This document shows, one piece after another, positions 13,107 through 22,900 of a stretch of 64,000 nt of DNA (positions are counted from its first letter, which is position 1; each line of letters opens with the position of its first letter). The DNA comes from an uncultured Candidatus Saccharibacteria bacterium (GTDB lineage: Bacteria; Patescibacteriota; Minisyncoccia; Phycocordibacterales; CALRHW01). The position numbers and the translations under genes were made by a program. Below the pieces are notes generated by a model, which worked only from the letters and a program-made list of their open reading frames with translations, was not told where the DNA came from and did no database searches. Where the stretch lies: positions 178,448-242,447 of the forward strand of contig CAYMIL010000001.1 in assembly GCA_964390845.1 (NCBI GenBank). The letters run 5' to 3'.

Positions 13107-15386
13107 TGCCACAGCAGCTGCTTCTTCAAATTGAATCGAGAGAAGTTTTGATATACCAGTGGAGCTCATCGTTACACCGTAGAGAATTCCTGCTCGCGAC
13201 ATCGTCTCTCGGTTGTGTGTAATCAAAATAAGCTGAGAATACTTTGAGAGATTTTCGATCATATCGCCATACTTACGTGAGTTTGCTTCATCGAGCGCGG
13301 CATCTGTCTCGTCGAGAATAATAAACGGTGGTGGATTGACCTGAGAAATCGCAAAAAGGAGTGCGATAGAGGTAAGCGCACGCTCGCCACCAGAGAGCAT
13401 AACAAGGCCTTTTACTTTTTTTCGAGGCAAACTCACCTCAATATCAACACCCTCGGCCTCCTCTTCTTCCGGCACTGGCGTCTCAGCGTCCATCGCAAGA
13501 ACACTTGAGAGGTCAGTATCTGTATCGACGCCACGACGACGCTTTTTCTCACGCACAACAGAGAGCGACGCATGACCACCACCAAACATAAGCGCAAAAA
13601 ATTGCTGAAATTGAGCGTTAATTTTTTCAACACCACTCTTAAATTCGGTTGTGAGTTTTTCATCAAGCTCAACAATGAGTTGCTTGAGCGATGAGGCCGA
13701 TGTTTGCAAATCCGCAAGCTCTCGCGCGAGGAACGCGTCGCGCTCACTCACCTCGCGATACTCTTTCATAATATCCTCGCCCGCGCCGCCGCCCGCATCT
13801 TCGATGCGGATTTTGATCTTTTCTATAGTGCGGCGGCGCTCTTCTTGCGCGCTCCGCGGCTCAGGCCCAGACGCAAATTCATCAACACTGCGAGTAATCT
13901 CGTGGGAGGCAAAATCCAACACCGCCCGCCCAATCAACACCGCCGCCTCCTGTAATTCCCTCTTAAAGTCTTCTTCCTCAAGACGAACACGGTCCTCCTG
14001 CGCCTGCAATGTATGCACGTGAGAAAGTATCTCTTGCTGTTTTGCCATCAACGTAAACATTTGTCGCTCAGCCTCACGGTTTGTATCTTTTTCACGCTCA
14101 ATAGCGGCACGGAGTTCGTTGTATTCAAGCTGAAGTGTCGCCTCTTCTGAAGAAAGACCACGCGCAGATTCTTCAAACTTCTTTTTCTGCGTACGAAGCT
14201 CTTCAAGATGTTCCTCAGACTCCTTTACGAGCGCGCTCTGTTTCTCGCTTTTATGTTTTGAAATAAAGCCCGAGACGATAGTGCGGACAGTATTCACAAA
14301 TGCACGAAGCGTGCCAATATCTGCGGAGCTTTCCACATCGCGCGCTTGTCGTGCGACCTCATCCGCCATATCCTCCACATCGCGAAGGCGTACCATATTG
14401 CCCTCATCAGACTGCGCAAGTTCTTTTTGTTTTTTGATAATACGTTCTTCGGATGCAATTTCACCTTCGATACGTCCGAGGTCGCGCACGAGCGCATCTC
14501 GACGCTCACGCACCGAGCGAATCTTCTCCTCAAGACCGATCACCTCCATACTCTTTGTATCTTTCCCAGACGAGCGTTCAAGTGTTGCTTTTGCTGCGGT
14601 GAGTTCTTTTTCTATAGAATGCAATGCATCTTCATACGGACCACGCTGTTGCTTGTATGACTCTTTTGTTGCTCGAATATATGCATCCTCTCGTTTGAAA
14701 TATTCTGCATACAACACTCGCAACTCTTCTTTTAGCTGAAGTGTTTTTTCTACTTTCTCAACCTGCTTTTTTAAGAAACGCAGATGAGGTGCAACTTCTT
14801 TGCGAAGCGACTCAACAGATGCAATATTCTCTTCTGTCTTCTCGAGCTTCCGCTCGCTCTCTTGGCGTTTGTACTGATAAATCTTGAGTCCGAGCGCATC
14901 TTCTATCATCGCGCGTCGCTCACGCAGATTTGCATTGAGAATACGGTCGGCCTCACCTTGAGAGATGATATGGTGACCTGACGATCCAATGTGCGCCCCA
15001 GCAAGAAGTTCAACAATATCTTTGAGACGCACCTGACTACCGTTGATGAAGTATTCATTGACAGAATCTCGATGAACGACACGCTCAATAGCAACCTCAT
15101 CAAAATCCATCGCGAGAAATCGACGCGTGTTATCGAATACAACTTTCACCGACGCGCGGTTTGAGCGCGCAACTTCAGGACTTCCATTGAAAATAAGATC
15201 TTCACCTTTTTTTCCACGAAGTGATTTTATGGACTGCTCACCAAGCACAAAACGAAAAGCTTCTGCGATGTTAGATTTTCCAGAACCGTTTGGTCCGACA
15301 ATTGCAGAAATTGCAGATGTGAATTCAAGGTTGCTTTTTTTGGCAAACGACTTAAAACCAGTAATTTCCAAACTTTTCAGATACAT
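13101..15386 (-). CDS. smc: SMC-family chromosome segregation ATPase, unusually short (761 aa), with no recognisable hinge domain
   Basis: N-terminal Walker A (GPNGSGKSN) with the FKSF motif. Long coiled-coil-like E/K/R-rich middle. C-terminal signature LSGGERALTSIALLFAI and Walker B FIILDETDAALDE. Confidence 0.85.
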   Translation of the reverse strand: MYLKSLEITGFKSFAKKSNLEFTSAISAIVGPNGSGKSNIAEAFRFVLGEQSIKSLRGKKGEDLIFNGSPEVARSNRASVKVVFDNTRRFLAMDFDEVAIERVVHRDSVNEYFINGSQVRLKDIVELLAGAHIGSSGHHIISQGEADRILNANLRERRAMIEDALGLKIYQYKRQESERKLEKTEENIASVESLRKEVAPHLRFLKKQVEKVEKTLQLKEELRVLYAEYFKREDAYIRATKESYKQQRGPYEDALHSIEKELTAAKATLERSSGKDTKSMEVIGLEEKIRSVRERRDALVRDLGRIEGEIASEERIIKKQKELAQSDEGNMVRLRDVEDMADEVARQARDVESSADIGTLRAFVNTVRTIVSGFISKHKSEKQSALVKESEEHLEELRTQKKKFEESARGLSSEEATLQLEYNELRAAIEREKDTNREAERQMFTLMAKQQEILSHVHTLQAQEDRVRLEEEDFKRELQEAAVLIGRAVLDFASHEITRSVDEFASGPEPRSAQEERRRTIEKIKIRIEDAGGGAGEDIMKEYREVSERDAFLARELADLQTSASSLKQLIVELDEKLTTEFKSGVEKINAQFQQFFALMFGGGHASLSVVREKKRRRGVDTDTDLSSVLAMDAETPVPEEEEAEGVDIEVSLPRKKVKGLVMLSGGERALTSIALLFAISQVNPPPFIILDETDAALDEANSRKYGDMIENLSKYSQLILITHNRETMSRAGILYGVTMSSTGISKLLSIQFEEAAAVAK

Positions 15387-15428
15387 ATATGGCTAAGAAT
15401 ATCATTGATTCGTGTCGTGCAGAATATA

Positions 15429-15459
15429 TTGACTTTTCATTAAAATATGATATTATTAT
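15429..15459 (+). promoter_or_regulatory. Putative sigma70 promoter plus strong Shine-Dalgarno (AGGAGG, 6 nt before the ATG) for GC-rich cassette A
   Basis: TTGACT (15429-15434) followed by an AT-rich spacer and TATTAT-like -10. AGGAGG at 15508-15513. Confidence 0.5.
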
Positions 15460-15519
15460 ATTACTACCTTGAGGTGATCCTCTCGGTATGTTCTTTTACT
15501 TCATTCTAGGAGGTGGTCC

Positions 15520-16506
15520 ATGACCACGCAACAGATTGCTGGCGCCGTGCGCGTCAAGACGATCGTGATTCAGCACGCTCCCCGGCTCGACAGCCTTGGA
15601 GCCCTCTTCCTCATCCAGCGCACGCGCGCTGGTGAGAAGGCGTTCCCTGGTTGCAAGGATGCCACTATCGAGTTCTGGGGAACCGGAACTGCCAGTGGTG
15701 GCAAGAAGCGCTGGCAGGAGAACCTCAAGGAGGGTGTTCTCATGCTCGGCGTCGGCGGAAGTCCGTTTGACGAGCATCCGAGCGCCGAGTTTGGCGACCG
15801 GAAGAAGGAGCAGAAGTCCACGATGAAGCTTGTGGCGGAACACCTTCATCTGGACAAGGATCCGCTCTTCAAGCGCTTGGTGGACAACGTCACCAAGAAC
15901 GACCTCGAGGGCGCCCAAGGACCTCTGGACCTGAGCAACATCGTGAAAGCGATGCACAGGTCTGGTGGCAACAACCCTGAGAACGTCATCGGGTTTGCAT
16001 TCGAGGCGTTTGACGCCCTGCTCGGCGAGCAGCATCAGTTTCTGCTCGCCTGCAAGGAGGTTGAGTCGGCGGCGTGGCGCAGGACAATCACCTGCGGAAA
16101 TCGGAAGCTCGACATCGAGCTCATCTGCTCAGACAACACCCTCGTCGCCAGAGCAGCAAGGCACCTCAACAACCGCCTTGCGGTCCTGATTCAGGTGCGC
16201 GCGAGTGGGAGAACTCAGATTCTCACCAACGCCAAGTGCGGTCTCTGCATGAGCAAGGTCGCCTCGGCACTGCGTCGCGCCGAACTCACCAAGATGGGGA
16301 TGCCCTCGTCTGAGATCGAGAAGATCGGCGAGCGCATGAGCGCTCCAGGGCAGCTCAAGGAGATTCCGACCTGGTGTTATCAGATGCCAGGAGAGAACCT
16401 CCTGAACGGCTCCGAGACCGCTCGAGACGTCGAGCCGACCCACCTCAAGGTGGAAGAAGTCTTCGAGATCATCTGCGCGAACATCATGTTCAAGCAGAAG
16501 GATTGA
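15520..16506 (+). CDS. GC-rich cassette A: MYG1/UPF0160-family metal-dependent hydrolase-like protein (328 aa)
   Basis: QHAPRLDSLGALFLIQR and LGVGGSPFDEH resemble the MYG1 signature blocks (THNGTFHCDEALACALL / VDVGGEYD..HRYDHH). GC content and codon usage are clearly higher than in the flanking genes. Confidence 0.55.
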   Translation: MTTQQIAGAVRVKTIVIQHAPRLDSLGALFLIQRTRAGEKAFPGCKDATIEFWGTGTASGGKKRWQENLKEGVLMLGVGGSPFDEHPSAEFGDRKKEQKSTMKLVAEHLHLDKDPLFKRLVDNVTKNDLEGAQGPLDLSNIVKAMHRSGGNNPENVIGFAFEAFDALLGEQHQFLLACKEVESAAWRRTITCGNRKLDIELICSDNTLVARAARHLNNRLAVLIQVRASGRTQILTNAKCGLCMSKVASALRRAELTKMGMPSSEIEKIGERMSAPGQLKEIPTWCYQMPGENLLNGSETARDVEPTHLKVEEVFEIICANIMFKQKD

Positions 16507-16533
16507 GAAGGTCACTCCAACAGAATGAAGAAC

Positions 16534-16562
16534 GGCCCCCGTATGTATGGGGGCCTTTCTTT
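16534..16562 (+). terminator. Intrinsic terminator of cassette A
   Basis: GGCCCCCgtatgtatGGGGGCC followed by tttcttttt. It abuts the rnc stop codon on the opposite strand. Confidence 0.8.
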
Positions 16563-17255
16563 TTACCAACCTTTCTTTTGAAGTGCTTTGCGAGCCGCCT
16601 CTTGTTCGGCGTCTTGCTTTGAATCACCCTCGCCAGACGCAACGAGCTCTTTACCAAGATACACACCGACAGTAAATCGTTTGTCGTGGTCGGGGCCAGT
16701 TTCTTTTGTTGTTTTATACGACGGCGTAACACCCTCTACTTCTTGTGCTTTTTCTTGAAACAAACTTTTTGAGTCAATCCATGAGCCCTTTGAGATGATG
16801 TCATCTGCAAGTGGAGTAAAGTTTTTATATATAAACGCACGAGCAGTCTCGTATCCTTGATCGCGGTACATCGCTCCGATAATAGCCTCGAGCGTGTTTG
16901 CCAAAATATATTGGCGAGCACGACCCACGTCCTTTGTCTCTCCTTTTGAAAGAAGCAAGAAGTCGTTGACCGACAGCGCGCTTGCAACTTGTGCGCACGT
17001 CGTTGCATTTACAAGCGCCGAGCGAATACTTGTCATGTGACCTTCACTTTTGTCAGGGTATGTTTCGTACAAATAATCTGTAATCACAAGCTCAAGCACC
17101 GCATCTCCAAGAAACTCAAGGCGTTCGTTGTGCTCAAGACCAGAATCTTTGTTTTCATTAATATATGAACGATGAACAAACGCTTGCTTCAGCAAACTTT
17201 TATCACGAAATACAACACCGGATGTTGCTTCAAATTGTGAGAAATCAATAGACAT
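16563..17255 (-). CDS. rnc: Ribonuclease III
   Basis: RNase III signature ERLEFLGDAVLEL plus a C-terminal dsRBD. Confidence 0.93.
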   Translation of the reverse strand: MSIDFSQFEATSGVVFRDKSLLKQAFVHRSYINENKDSGLEHNERLEFLGDAVLELVITDYLYETYPDKSEGHMTSIRSALVNATTCAQVASALSVNDFLLLSKGETKDVGRARQYILANTLEAIIGAMYRDQGYETARAFIYKNFTPLADDIISKGSWIDSKSLFQEKAQEVEGVTPSYKTTKETGPDHDKRFTVGVYLGKELVASGEGDSKQDAEQEAARKALQKKGW

Positions 17256-17257
17256 AC

Positions 17258-18172
17258 TTATGAGCGAACCTTTTCTGTTGATCCAAGCAATGCGTTGATT
17301 GCCTTGGTTACGATTGGCAGAATATCATTATAAAAATTGAGGTCAAGAATATCAGCGAGCTTAAACCATCGCACATCGTCGAGGCCACCACTTTCTTTGA
17401 GAGTAATATCTTGGAACGGGGATTCGGCGAGATAATAATTTACTTCTTTTTTAATTTTTCCTTTTTCTGGATCAAAGGCAATGTACCCATTGCTACCGAG
17501 ATTTTGCCCCACGGTAACATCAAGCCCAAGCTCTTCTTTAATAACCCGAGCAACACCCGGAACATCTTCTTCTGTTTCCTCAAGATGACCCTTTGAAAGC
17601 GTCCAGTGTCCAAAGACATCGTGCACAAGCGCGAGGTATACGTCTTCCCCTTGTCGCGCATATACTACCGCGCCGGCAAGCCTCTCCTTTGGAGCTTGAT
17701 CATCTGGAATATCTGGATGGCGCTTTCGCTTTGATGTTTCCTCTTTTCCGGGCTCACCCATTTCTTTGTAGACTGCGCCAAGTACGCCGTTTACAAACTT
17801 ACCGCTCGTCTCGCCACCAAATGTTTTTGCAAGCTCAATCGCCTCATTGATAGCCACCTTTGGAGGAACTTCTTTTCTATCAGCAAACAACAGCTCATAG
17901 AGCCCGATGCGCAAAATATTTCGGTCAACAATAGATATTTTTTCTATAGGCCAGTCTGGAGCCGCTTTTTCAATAATGGTATCGAGGTCCCGTTGCTTTG
18001 CGAGCACATTCTTCATGAGCGATTCCATAAACGAAAAATCGCCCATACCAGGAGCGAATTCCGCAACATTGCGAGCAAATACCTCCATAGCATCAGCTGA
18101 GCTCTTTTTGTTGAAATCCCACTCAAAGAGCGACTGCATGACTATTGATCTGGATAAGTGCCTGTTTGCCAT
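17258..18172 (-). CDS. nusB: NusB antitermination factor fused to a C-terminal Nudix hydrolase domain
   Basis: The N-terminal ~140 aa are NusB-like (MANRHLSRSIVMQSLFEWDF...). The C-terminus carries a Nudix-box-like GHLEETEEDVPGVARVIKEELGL. Confidence 0.8.
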   Translation of the reverse strand: MANRHLSRSIVMQSLFEWDFNKKSSADAMEVFARNVAEFAPGMGDFSFMESLMKNVLAKQRDLDTIIEKAAPDWPIEKISIVDRNILRIGLYELLFADRKEVPPKVAINEAIELAKTFGGETSGKFVNGVLGAVYKEMGEPGKEETSKRKRHPDIPDDQAPKERLAGAVVYARQGEDVYLALVHDVFGHWTLSKGHLEETEEDVPGVARVIKEELGLDVTVGQNLGSNGYIAFDPEKGKIKKEVNYYLAESPFQDITLKESGGLDDVRWFKLADILDLNFYNDILPIVTKAINALLGSTEKVRS

Positions 18173-18222
18173 TGTCGTATATTGTATGTTGAGAACGTAC
18201 TACCCTACCCCACACTCACCAC

Positions 18223-18438
18223 TTACTTACTTGCTGTCTTCTTTTTGCTTTTCTTAGTTGCTTTCGCGACTGTATCAACTACAGTCTTGCCTTTGTATGT
18301 GCCACATTTTGCACACATTCGATGACTCATGCGAGGCGCACCGCACTGAGAGCACTTTGAAAGCGCGCCCATCTTGATTGCATGATGAGATCGGCGGTTT
18401 CCCGTATGGGATCGTGTGTGACGCATTCGTACTACCAT
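18223..18438 (-). CDS. rpmF: 50S ribosomal protein L32
   Basis: 71 aa, MVVRMRHTRSHTGNRRSHHA...CSQCG...CAKCG, with zinc-ribbon cysteines. The upstream extension of the ORF in the track is a GC-rich read-through artefact. Confidence 0.88.
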   Translation of the reverse strand: MVVRMRHTRSHTGNRRSHHAIKMGALSKCSQCGAPRMSHRMCAKCGTYKGKTVVDTVAKATKKSKKKTASK

Positions 18439-18485
18439 ATACGCAGGATTATATACAATTATGGAAAAAAGGCAACTTTTTACTA

Positions 18486-18522
18486 CAAAAAAATCCGCCG
18501 GACACGCTACAGCGCGCCCGGC
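18486..18522 (-). terminator. Intrinsic terminator of cassette B (minus strand)
   Basis: GCCGG-N16-CCGGC hairpin followed on the minus strand by ATTTTTTTG. Confidence 0.6.
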
Positions 18523-18541
18523 AGAAGGAGAGATTGACTCT

Positions 18542-19174
18542 CTACTTGAAGGTCTTGAGGGTCTTGGGGCAAAACCGCTTCCACTCCTCTCGACGTGAGT
18601 TGGCGAGAGGAAACGCCGACTGAACCTCGCGGGTGCCAGCAAACGAAAGCTTCTCGTCGGAGTGCCCGCACGCGACGATGATGCGCCCCTCTTTCGACAT
18701 GGACACATCAGCGAACGAACCGTCGACAGACACCGATCCGATGCACAGCGTAGTCGTGTCTTGGGTATCCAAGGAACGCCTAGGCAACTTGAAGTGCTTG
18801 GCATCCATGGCGACAACGCCGTACAGCAGAAGCGCCTCAAGCAGAGTGCACCCGCACACCTGCTGTTCGTTGAGCTCTCGCGCGCTCACGGGACAAATGT
18901 CTGGCCCAGGACTGCGCTTAAACGAAACCCTGTACGGACCATCACGCTCGGGGTGGCGGTGGTGCTCCATGTGCTGGTCGAAGCCAGCAAAGCACCACAC
19001 GGGCGCCATGCCGAGCGTTCGCAGACCCAGGTGCACCAGCTCCGAGCTGACACCTGGGCACACGTAGACATTCCACTGATCTTCTTCGTCTTCGATGAAC
19101 AGGTTGGGGACAAACATCACGCCCATTGCTTGGTACAACTTCTGCCACAGGCACAAGTAATGACCGGGCAACAT
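18542..19174 (-). CDS. GC-rich cassette B: hypothetical protein with His/Asp-rich motifs; possible metal-dependent hydrolase
   Basis: A coherent 211-228 aa ORF in a ~60% GC segment. A GGAGGTGA Shine-Dalgarno sits before the internal ATG (MLPGHY...). Motifs HMEHHRHPERDG and VACGHSDE. Confidence 0.5.
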   Translation of the reverse strand: MLPGHYLCLWQKLYQAMGVMFVPNLFIEDEEDQWNVYVCPGVSSELVHLGLRTLGMAPVWCFAGFDQHMEHHRHPERDGPYRVSFKRSPGPDICPVSARELNEQQVCGCTLLEALLLYGVVAMDAKHFKLPRRSLDTQDTTTLCIGSVSVDGSFADVSMSKEGRIIVACGHSDEKLSFAGTREVQSAFPLANSRREEWKRFCPKTLKTFK

Positions 19175-19272
19175 TATCACCTCCATCCATAGGGTGGCCC
19201 TAGCGGGCGGAATGGTTGTCTGCGACACGCGTCACAGTTCCAGATAAATTCTGCCACAAAAAGAAAAAACAA

Positions 19273-19878
19273 TCAAATAATGCGTTTGATGAAACTTCGT
19301 CGATGTATGTTGCAAGGGCCATGTCGCCTAATCTGTTGAATATGAGACGCGGTACCGTATCCTTTATGGGCATCAAAACCAAACAACGGATACTTGATTG
19401 CCAGACGCTCCATATATGTATCCCGATGTACCTTTGCAAGAATAGAAGCGAGGCCAATAACAGGCTCTTGTTCGTCGCCACGAATAATTGTCTTTTGCCG
19501 AAGAAAGGATGCTGGTGCACGCAAACCACCATCAAGCAAGACCACACATTCATCTGGTGCAATATTAAGTTTTCGGAGTATAGTACGTAGCGAACGTCCC
19601 ATTGCGTGTGCAATAGCCCTATTGATACCGATACGATCAATCACCGAAGGGCTCACAGAAGAAACTGCATACGCGCACGTCTGCTGTGCACGCGCAAGTC
19701 CCTTGAGTTTATTTTTCCAAACACGACGCTTTTGTGCAGAAAGCTGTTTTGAATCACGAATACCCTCAAAAAAGGAAGGGTTGATGTCTCGAGATACGCA
19801 GACAGCGCCCACAGTAACAGGGCCAGCAAGTGGCCCCCTTCCCACCTCATCAATTCCAATAATGTAGCGGTAGCTCAT
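19273..19878 (-). CDS. rnhB: Ribonuclease HII
   Basis: IIGIDEVGRGPLAGPV... RNase HII N-terminal catalytic motif (DEDD). Confidence 0.92.
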   Translation of the reverse strand: MSYRYIIGIDEVGRGPLAGPVTVGAVCVSRDINPSFFEGIRDSKQLSAQKRRVWKNKLKGLARAQQTCAYAVSSVSPSVIDRIGINRAIAHAMGRSLRTILRKLNIAPDECVVLLDGGLRAPASFLRQKTIIRGDEQEPVIGLASILAKVHRDTYMERLAIKYPLFGFDAHKGYGTASHIQQIRRHGPCNIHRRSFIKRII

Positions 19879-19913
19879 GGCTCTTTGCTATAATTTTATC
19901 ACACCCCATTTCT

Positions 19914-22900
19914 ATGAACCGATTCGTCCACCTCCACACCCACAGTCACTATAGTTTGCTCAATGCCCTACCTAAAATTTCCGATCTTATTGACGCTGCA
20001 AAAAAATATGAAATGCCTGCACTTGCGCTCACCGATAGCGGCAATCTCTATGGCGCAATTGAATTTTATAAGGACTGTAAAAAGGCGGGTATCAAACCCA
20101 TCATCGGCCTCGATGCGTATCTTGCGGTGCGTACGCGGCATGACAAACAAAGCGGCATCGACAACTCACGATTTCGCCTTGTCCTACTCGCAAAAAATGA
20201 GGTTGGGTACAAAAATCTTATACAACTTGTTACTGCTGGCTATCTTGAAGGTTTTTATTACAAGCCCCGCATCGACAAGGAACTTCTCAAACAATACGCC
20301 GAAGGGCTCGTGTGTATCGCCCCTTCTTTTTCAAGTGATATTGCGCTTGCGATAAAAGCTCACGACACGCAGAAAGCACGCGAACTCATAGAGTGGTACA
20401 CACGTATCTTTGGAACAGACAACTTCTTTATCGAAATCTCTCATCACCCTGAAGTACCTGGACACGAAGATACAATGAAGTCACTTGTTGCACTCGCGCG
20501 AGAAACACAGACCAACATCGTGGCGGCGCATGATGTCTACTACATTCACACCAAAGACAGACTCGCGCGAGAAACACTGATGTCCATACAAACAAGCGGA
20601 GACCGCGAGCGTATTTCTATGGAAGACATCGAGGAAGATTTTTCTTTCATTAGCCCAAAGGAAGCGGAAAAATATTTTAAGCATATTCCCGACGCACTCG
20701 ATAACACCCTACGTATCGCAGATATGTGCTCTCTTGAGCTTGAGCTTGGTAAATGGGTATTTCCCAACTATATCGTCGAGAGCGGACGGTCATACGATGA
20801 TGAGTTTAGGCACGTTGTCTACGAAGGTCTCGCGCGGCGCGGCATCGAACAAACACCTGAGGTAACCGAACGTATTGAATATGAATTAAAAGTGATTAAA
20901 GACAAAGGATATGCACCATACTTTCTTGTGGTGGCGGACCTTTTGAAATATGCGCACAAAAACAAAATCCTTACCACCATTCGAGGTTCGGTTGCAGGAT
21001 CGCTTGTGACATATCTTGCGCACATCACCAATGTAAATCCCCTCGTCTACAAATTGCCGTTTGAACGCTTTTTGAATCCAGAGCGACCATCTGCTCCCGA
21101 TATCGACATGGACTATGCCGACAACCGTCGCGATGAAATGATTGAGTACGCGAAGAGAAAATACGGAGCGGACAGAGTCGCACAGATCGGTACCTTCGGT
21201 ACAATGGCGGCGCGTGGCTCCGTGCGTGATGTAACACGAGCGCTCGGTCATCCGTATGGACTAGGCGACCGTATTGCAAAACTTATTCCAATGGGCGCGC
21301 AGGGTTTTCCGATGACCATCGACCGAGCGCTCGCCGAAGTGCCAGATCTCAAAAAAATGTACCGCGAAGAAAAAGAGGTTCGAGAGATTATTGATATGGC
21401 AAAAAAGATTGAAGGCGCGGCGCGGCACATTTCGGTGCATGCGGCCGGGGTCGTGATCGCGCCGCGCCCACTCACCGACTTCGTACCACTGCAATACGAC
21501 ACAAAAGGTGAGCAAAAAATTATCACGCAGTACGACATGCACTCCGTCGAAGACGCAGGCCTCCTTAAATTCGACTTCCTCGGTATCAAAAACCTTTCCA
21601 TACTCGCAGATGCTGTATCACTCGTAAAAAAAATCCTCGACATAGACATCGATATCGAAAACATCCCTGTCGACGACACAAAAACATTTGAAATGCTGGC
21701 GCGTGGAGAAACAATCGGCCTCTTCCAACTCAACGGTACCGGCATGACCCGTTTCCTCAAAGAACTCAAACCGACCCGTATCTTTGATATCAACGCGATG
21801 GTTGCCCTCTATCGCCCGGGCCCACTTGAATCCATCCCTCAATACATCGAACGTAAGCACAACCCAAGCCTTGTAACATATCTCGATCCTCGTCTCAAAG
21901 ATATTCTCGAGCAATCATACGGCGTTATCACCTACCAAGACGACGTTATGTTGATCGCCATCAAACTTGCCGGCTATTCGTGGCTTGAAGCAGACAAGCT
22001 CAGAAAAGCGATGGGTAAAAAGATTCCAGAAGAAATGGAGGCACAAAAAGGAAAACTTCTCGAAGGCTTCGTAAAAAATGGTTTGTCGCAAGAAAAAGCT
22101 GACACATTGTGGAAACTTATCGAGCCATTTGCCGCATATGGATTCAACAAAGCTCATGCCGCAAGCTACGGAAAAGTGGCGTACCAAACCGCATACATGA
22201 AAGCAAACTTCCCCGCTATTTACATGTCTGCAGTGCTCACCGCGGATTCGGGTGATGTAGAAAAAATCGCAGAAATTATTGCTGAATGTAAACGCATGAA
22301 CATCCCCGTCCTCTCTCCAGATATCAACGAAAGCTGGGGCGGATTCTCTGTTATCAGCAACGAGGGTGGCGTCGGCAAAGGCATCACCGAGGGTGGAGAC
22401 AAAATTCGTTTCGGTCTTTACACAATCAAAAACTTTGGCGAAGGTATTGCCGACTCCATCATTGCGGAGCGAAAAGCACACGGAAAATTTACATCTCTCG
22501 CCGACTTCCTCAACCGCATTAAAGATAAAAACCTCAATAAAAAATCTCTCGAATCTCTTATCAAAGCTGGTGCGATGGACGCGTTTGGCGAACGAGGACA
22601 AATGCTCGCAAACCTCGAACACCTGCTCGCCTTCAACAAAGAACAAAGCAAACATGGTGACGGGCAAGATTCTTTGTTTGGTCTGATGTCAGACACCTCA
22701 ACAATCCCAACACTCAAACTCGAACCTGCCCCCGAAGCTACTATGGCAGAAAGATTGCAATGGGAAAAAGAGTTGCTTGGTCTCTATCTTTCAGGACACC
22801 CTCTCGACAAGTTCCGCGACAAACTTGAGACAAAACAATTCAACATTAAAAAAATCCGAGAAGAAGCAACGGAAGGAATGACTATCGTTGTTGGTGGCAT

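Noticed and set aside
15496-16569. Several overlapping ORFs (15496-16035 -, 15570-15821 -, 15596-15826 +, 15965-16189 +, 16074-16313 +, 16129-16569 -) inside cassette A
   Set aside because: They are spurious open frames caused by high GC. Only the 328-aa plus-strand frame has a promoter, Shine-Dalgarno, terminator and family-like motifs.
18439-18840. N-terminal 134-aa extension of the rpmF ORF
   Set aside because: L32 begins at MVVRMRHTRS. The upstream part is read-through into the GC-rich cassette B terminator region.
18633-19192. Plus-strand ORFs 18633-19067 and 18662-19192, and minus-strand ORFs 18886-19113 and 18942-19190, in cassette B
   Set aside because: Same high-GC artefact. The minus-strand 18542-19174 frame is followed by a minus-strand terminator and preceded by a Shine-Dalgarno.
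21248-22667. Long antisense ORFs within dnaE (21248-21793, 21915-22667) and within rpoC and rpoB
   Set aside because: They lie inside well-supported essential genes on the opposite strand, have no start context and have biased composition.
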